Source: Verrucomicrobiota bacterium
GTDB taxonomy: Bacteria > Verrucomicrobiota > Verrucomicrobiia > Limisphaerales > JAXMHQ01
Assembly: GCA_046346665.1 (NCBI GenBank)
Contig: JAXMHQ010000011.1
Span: 55,147 to 119,146, forward strand
Direction of reading: 5' to 3'
DNA: 64,000 nt
Shown here piece after piece: positions 63,666-64,000 of the stretch. The number at the start of each line of letters is the position of its first letter. The first letter of the stretch is position 1. A program made the translations under genes and the position numbers. The notes under the pieces are model-generated. The model saw only the letters and a list, made by a program, of their open reading frames with translations. It was not told the DNA's origin and made no database searches.

Positions 63666-64000
63666 TCAGGCGGCGGGCCTGGCGAGTTTCTTCACCAGCA
63701 CCTTCGAATTGCGGCCGCTCTGGTCGTATTTCTCGCGCCGCGCCGGCGGCAGATCGTCCGGCGTGCCTTCGGCAAACCCGCCCTTCGATTGAAAATACGT
63801 GAACGCCTGGGTCGACAGCGTGATCAGCTCGTTCAACCCGAGTTCGCGCGCCTTGTTTTCGATGAACTGGATCAGCTTGCGGCCGATGCCCTGGTTTTCG
63901 TGCGAAGGATCGACATAGAGGCACGCCAGCTCGCCCTTCTTTTGTTCCGTGTAGAGATGCAGCGCCGCGCAGGCGACCACGTTGCGGTCGATTTCGAACA
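63666..64000 (-). CDS. GNAT-family N-acetyltransferase (ArgA C-terminal-domain-like), 5' end outside window
   Basis: LYVDPSHENQGIGRKLIQFIENKARELG carries the acetyl-CoA motif Q-x-x-G-x-G. The reading frame stays open to the window edge. Confidence 0.7.
   Translation of the reverse strand, partial: FEIDRNVVACAALHLYTEQKKGELACLYVDPSHENQGIGRKLIQFIENKARELGLNELITLSTQAFTYFQSKGGFAEGTPDDLPPARREKYDQSGRNSKVLVKKLARPAA

Overview
GC-rich bacterial chromosome segment. I infer a PVC-superphylum organism, most likely Verrucomicrobiota. This rests on a DUF1559 prepilin-like protein, a PEP-CTERM protein, giant LamG/Ig/PPC surface proteins, and short hairpin-forming 'word' repeats that fill most intergenic gaps. 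Gene order, left to right: (1) a nitrogen-assimilation supercluster: P-II + Amt, a small membrane protein, an APC-type transporter fused to a USP domain, a second P-II + AmtB, a PP2C phosphatase overlapping a 132-aa mini-kinase, and type II glutamine synthetase; (2) a BamE-like lipoprotein, KDPG aldolase, and a PAS/sigma-54 activator divergent from a nitroreductase-pirin-YceI operon; (3) two translationally coupled UvrA paralogs followed by a Uma2 (PD-(D/E)xK) nuclease-like gene; (4) a ~17 kb block of secreted proteins: a 2467-aa all-PPC-domain protein, an operon of S8 protease, DUF1559 pseudopilin-like and 1370-aa LamG/Ig protein, a PEP-CTERM protein and tRNA-Ser(GGA); (5) an Mla/MCE lipid-transport operon, an NHL propeller lipoprotein, arylsulfatase, a GH48 glycoside hydrolase, rpoD, three peptidases, proA and envelope genes. 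No CRISPR array, integrase, transposase or prophage was seen. Leads most worth follow-up: (a) both P-II copies carry the cyanobacterial-type T-loop RGSEY (Ser49 plus Tyr51), and a PP2C + mini-kinase pair sits inside the same cluster, making it a candidate P-II Ser49 kinase/phosphatase module; (b) the uvrA-uvrA-Uma2 operon, a possible uncharacterised repair or defence module; (c) a shared ~65-aa domain ending in [FY][FY]RL on three adjacent giant secreted proteins, with a fourth internal copy and one relic; (d) in-frame insertions of intergenic repeat words into both uvrA paralogs; (e) two same-register AT-rich perfect palindromes bracketing the secreted-protein block; (f) four sigma-54-type promoters, two nearly identical ones in front of glnK-amtB and glnII. 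All calls come from reading the sequence and the ORF translations by eye. No searches or computations were run.
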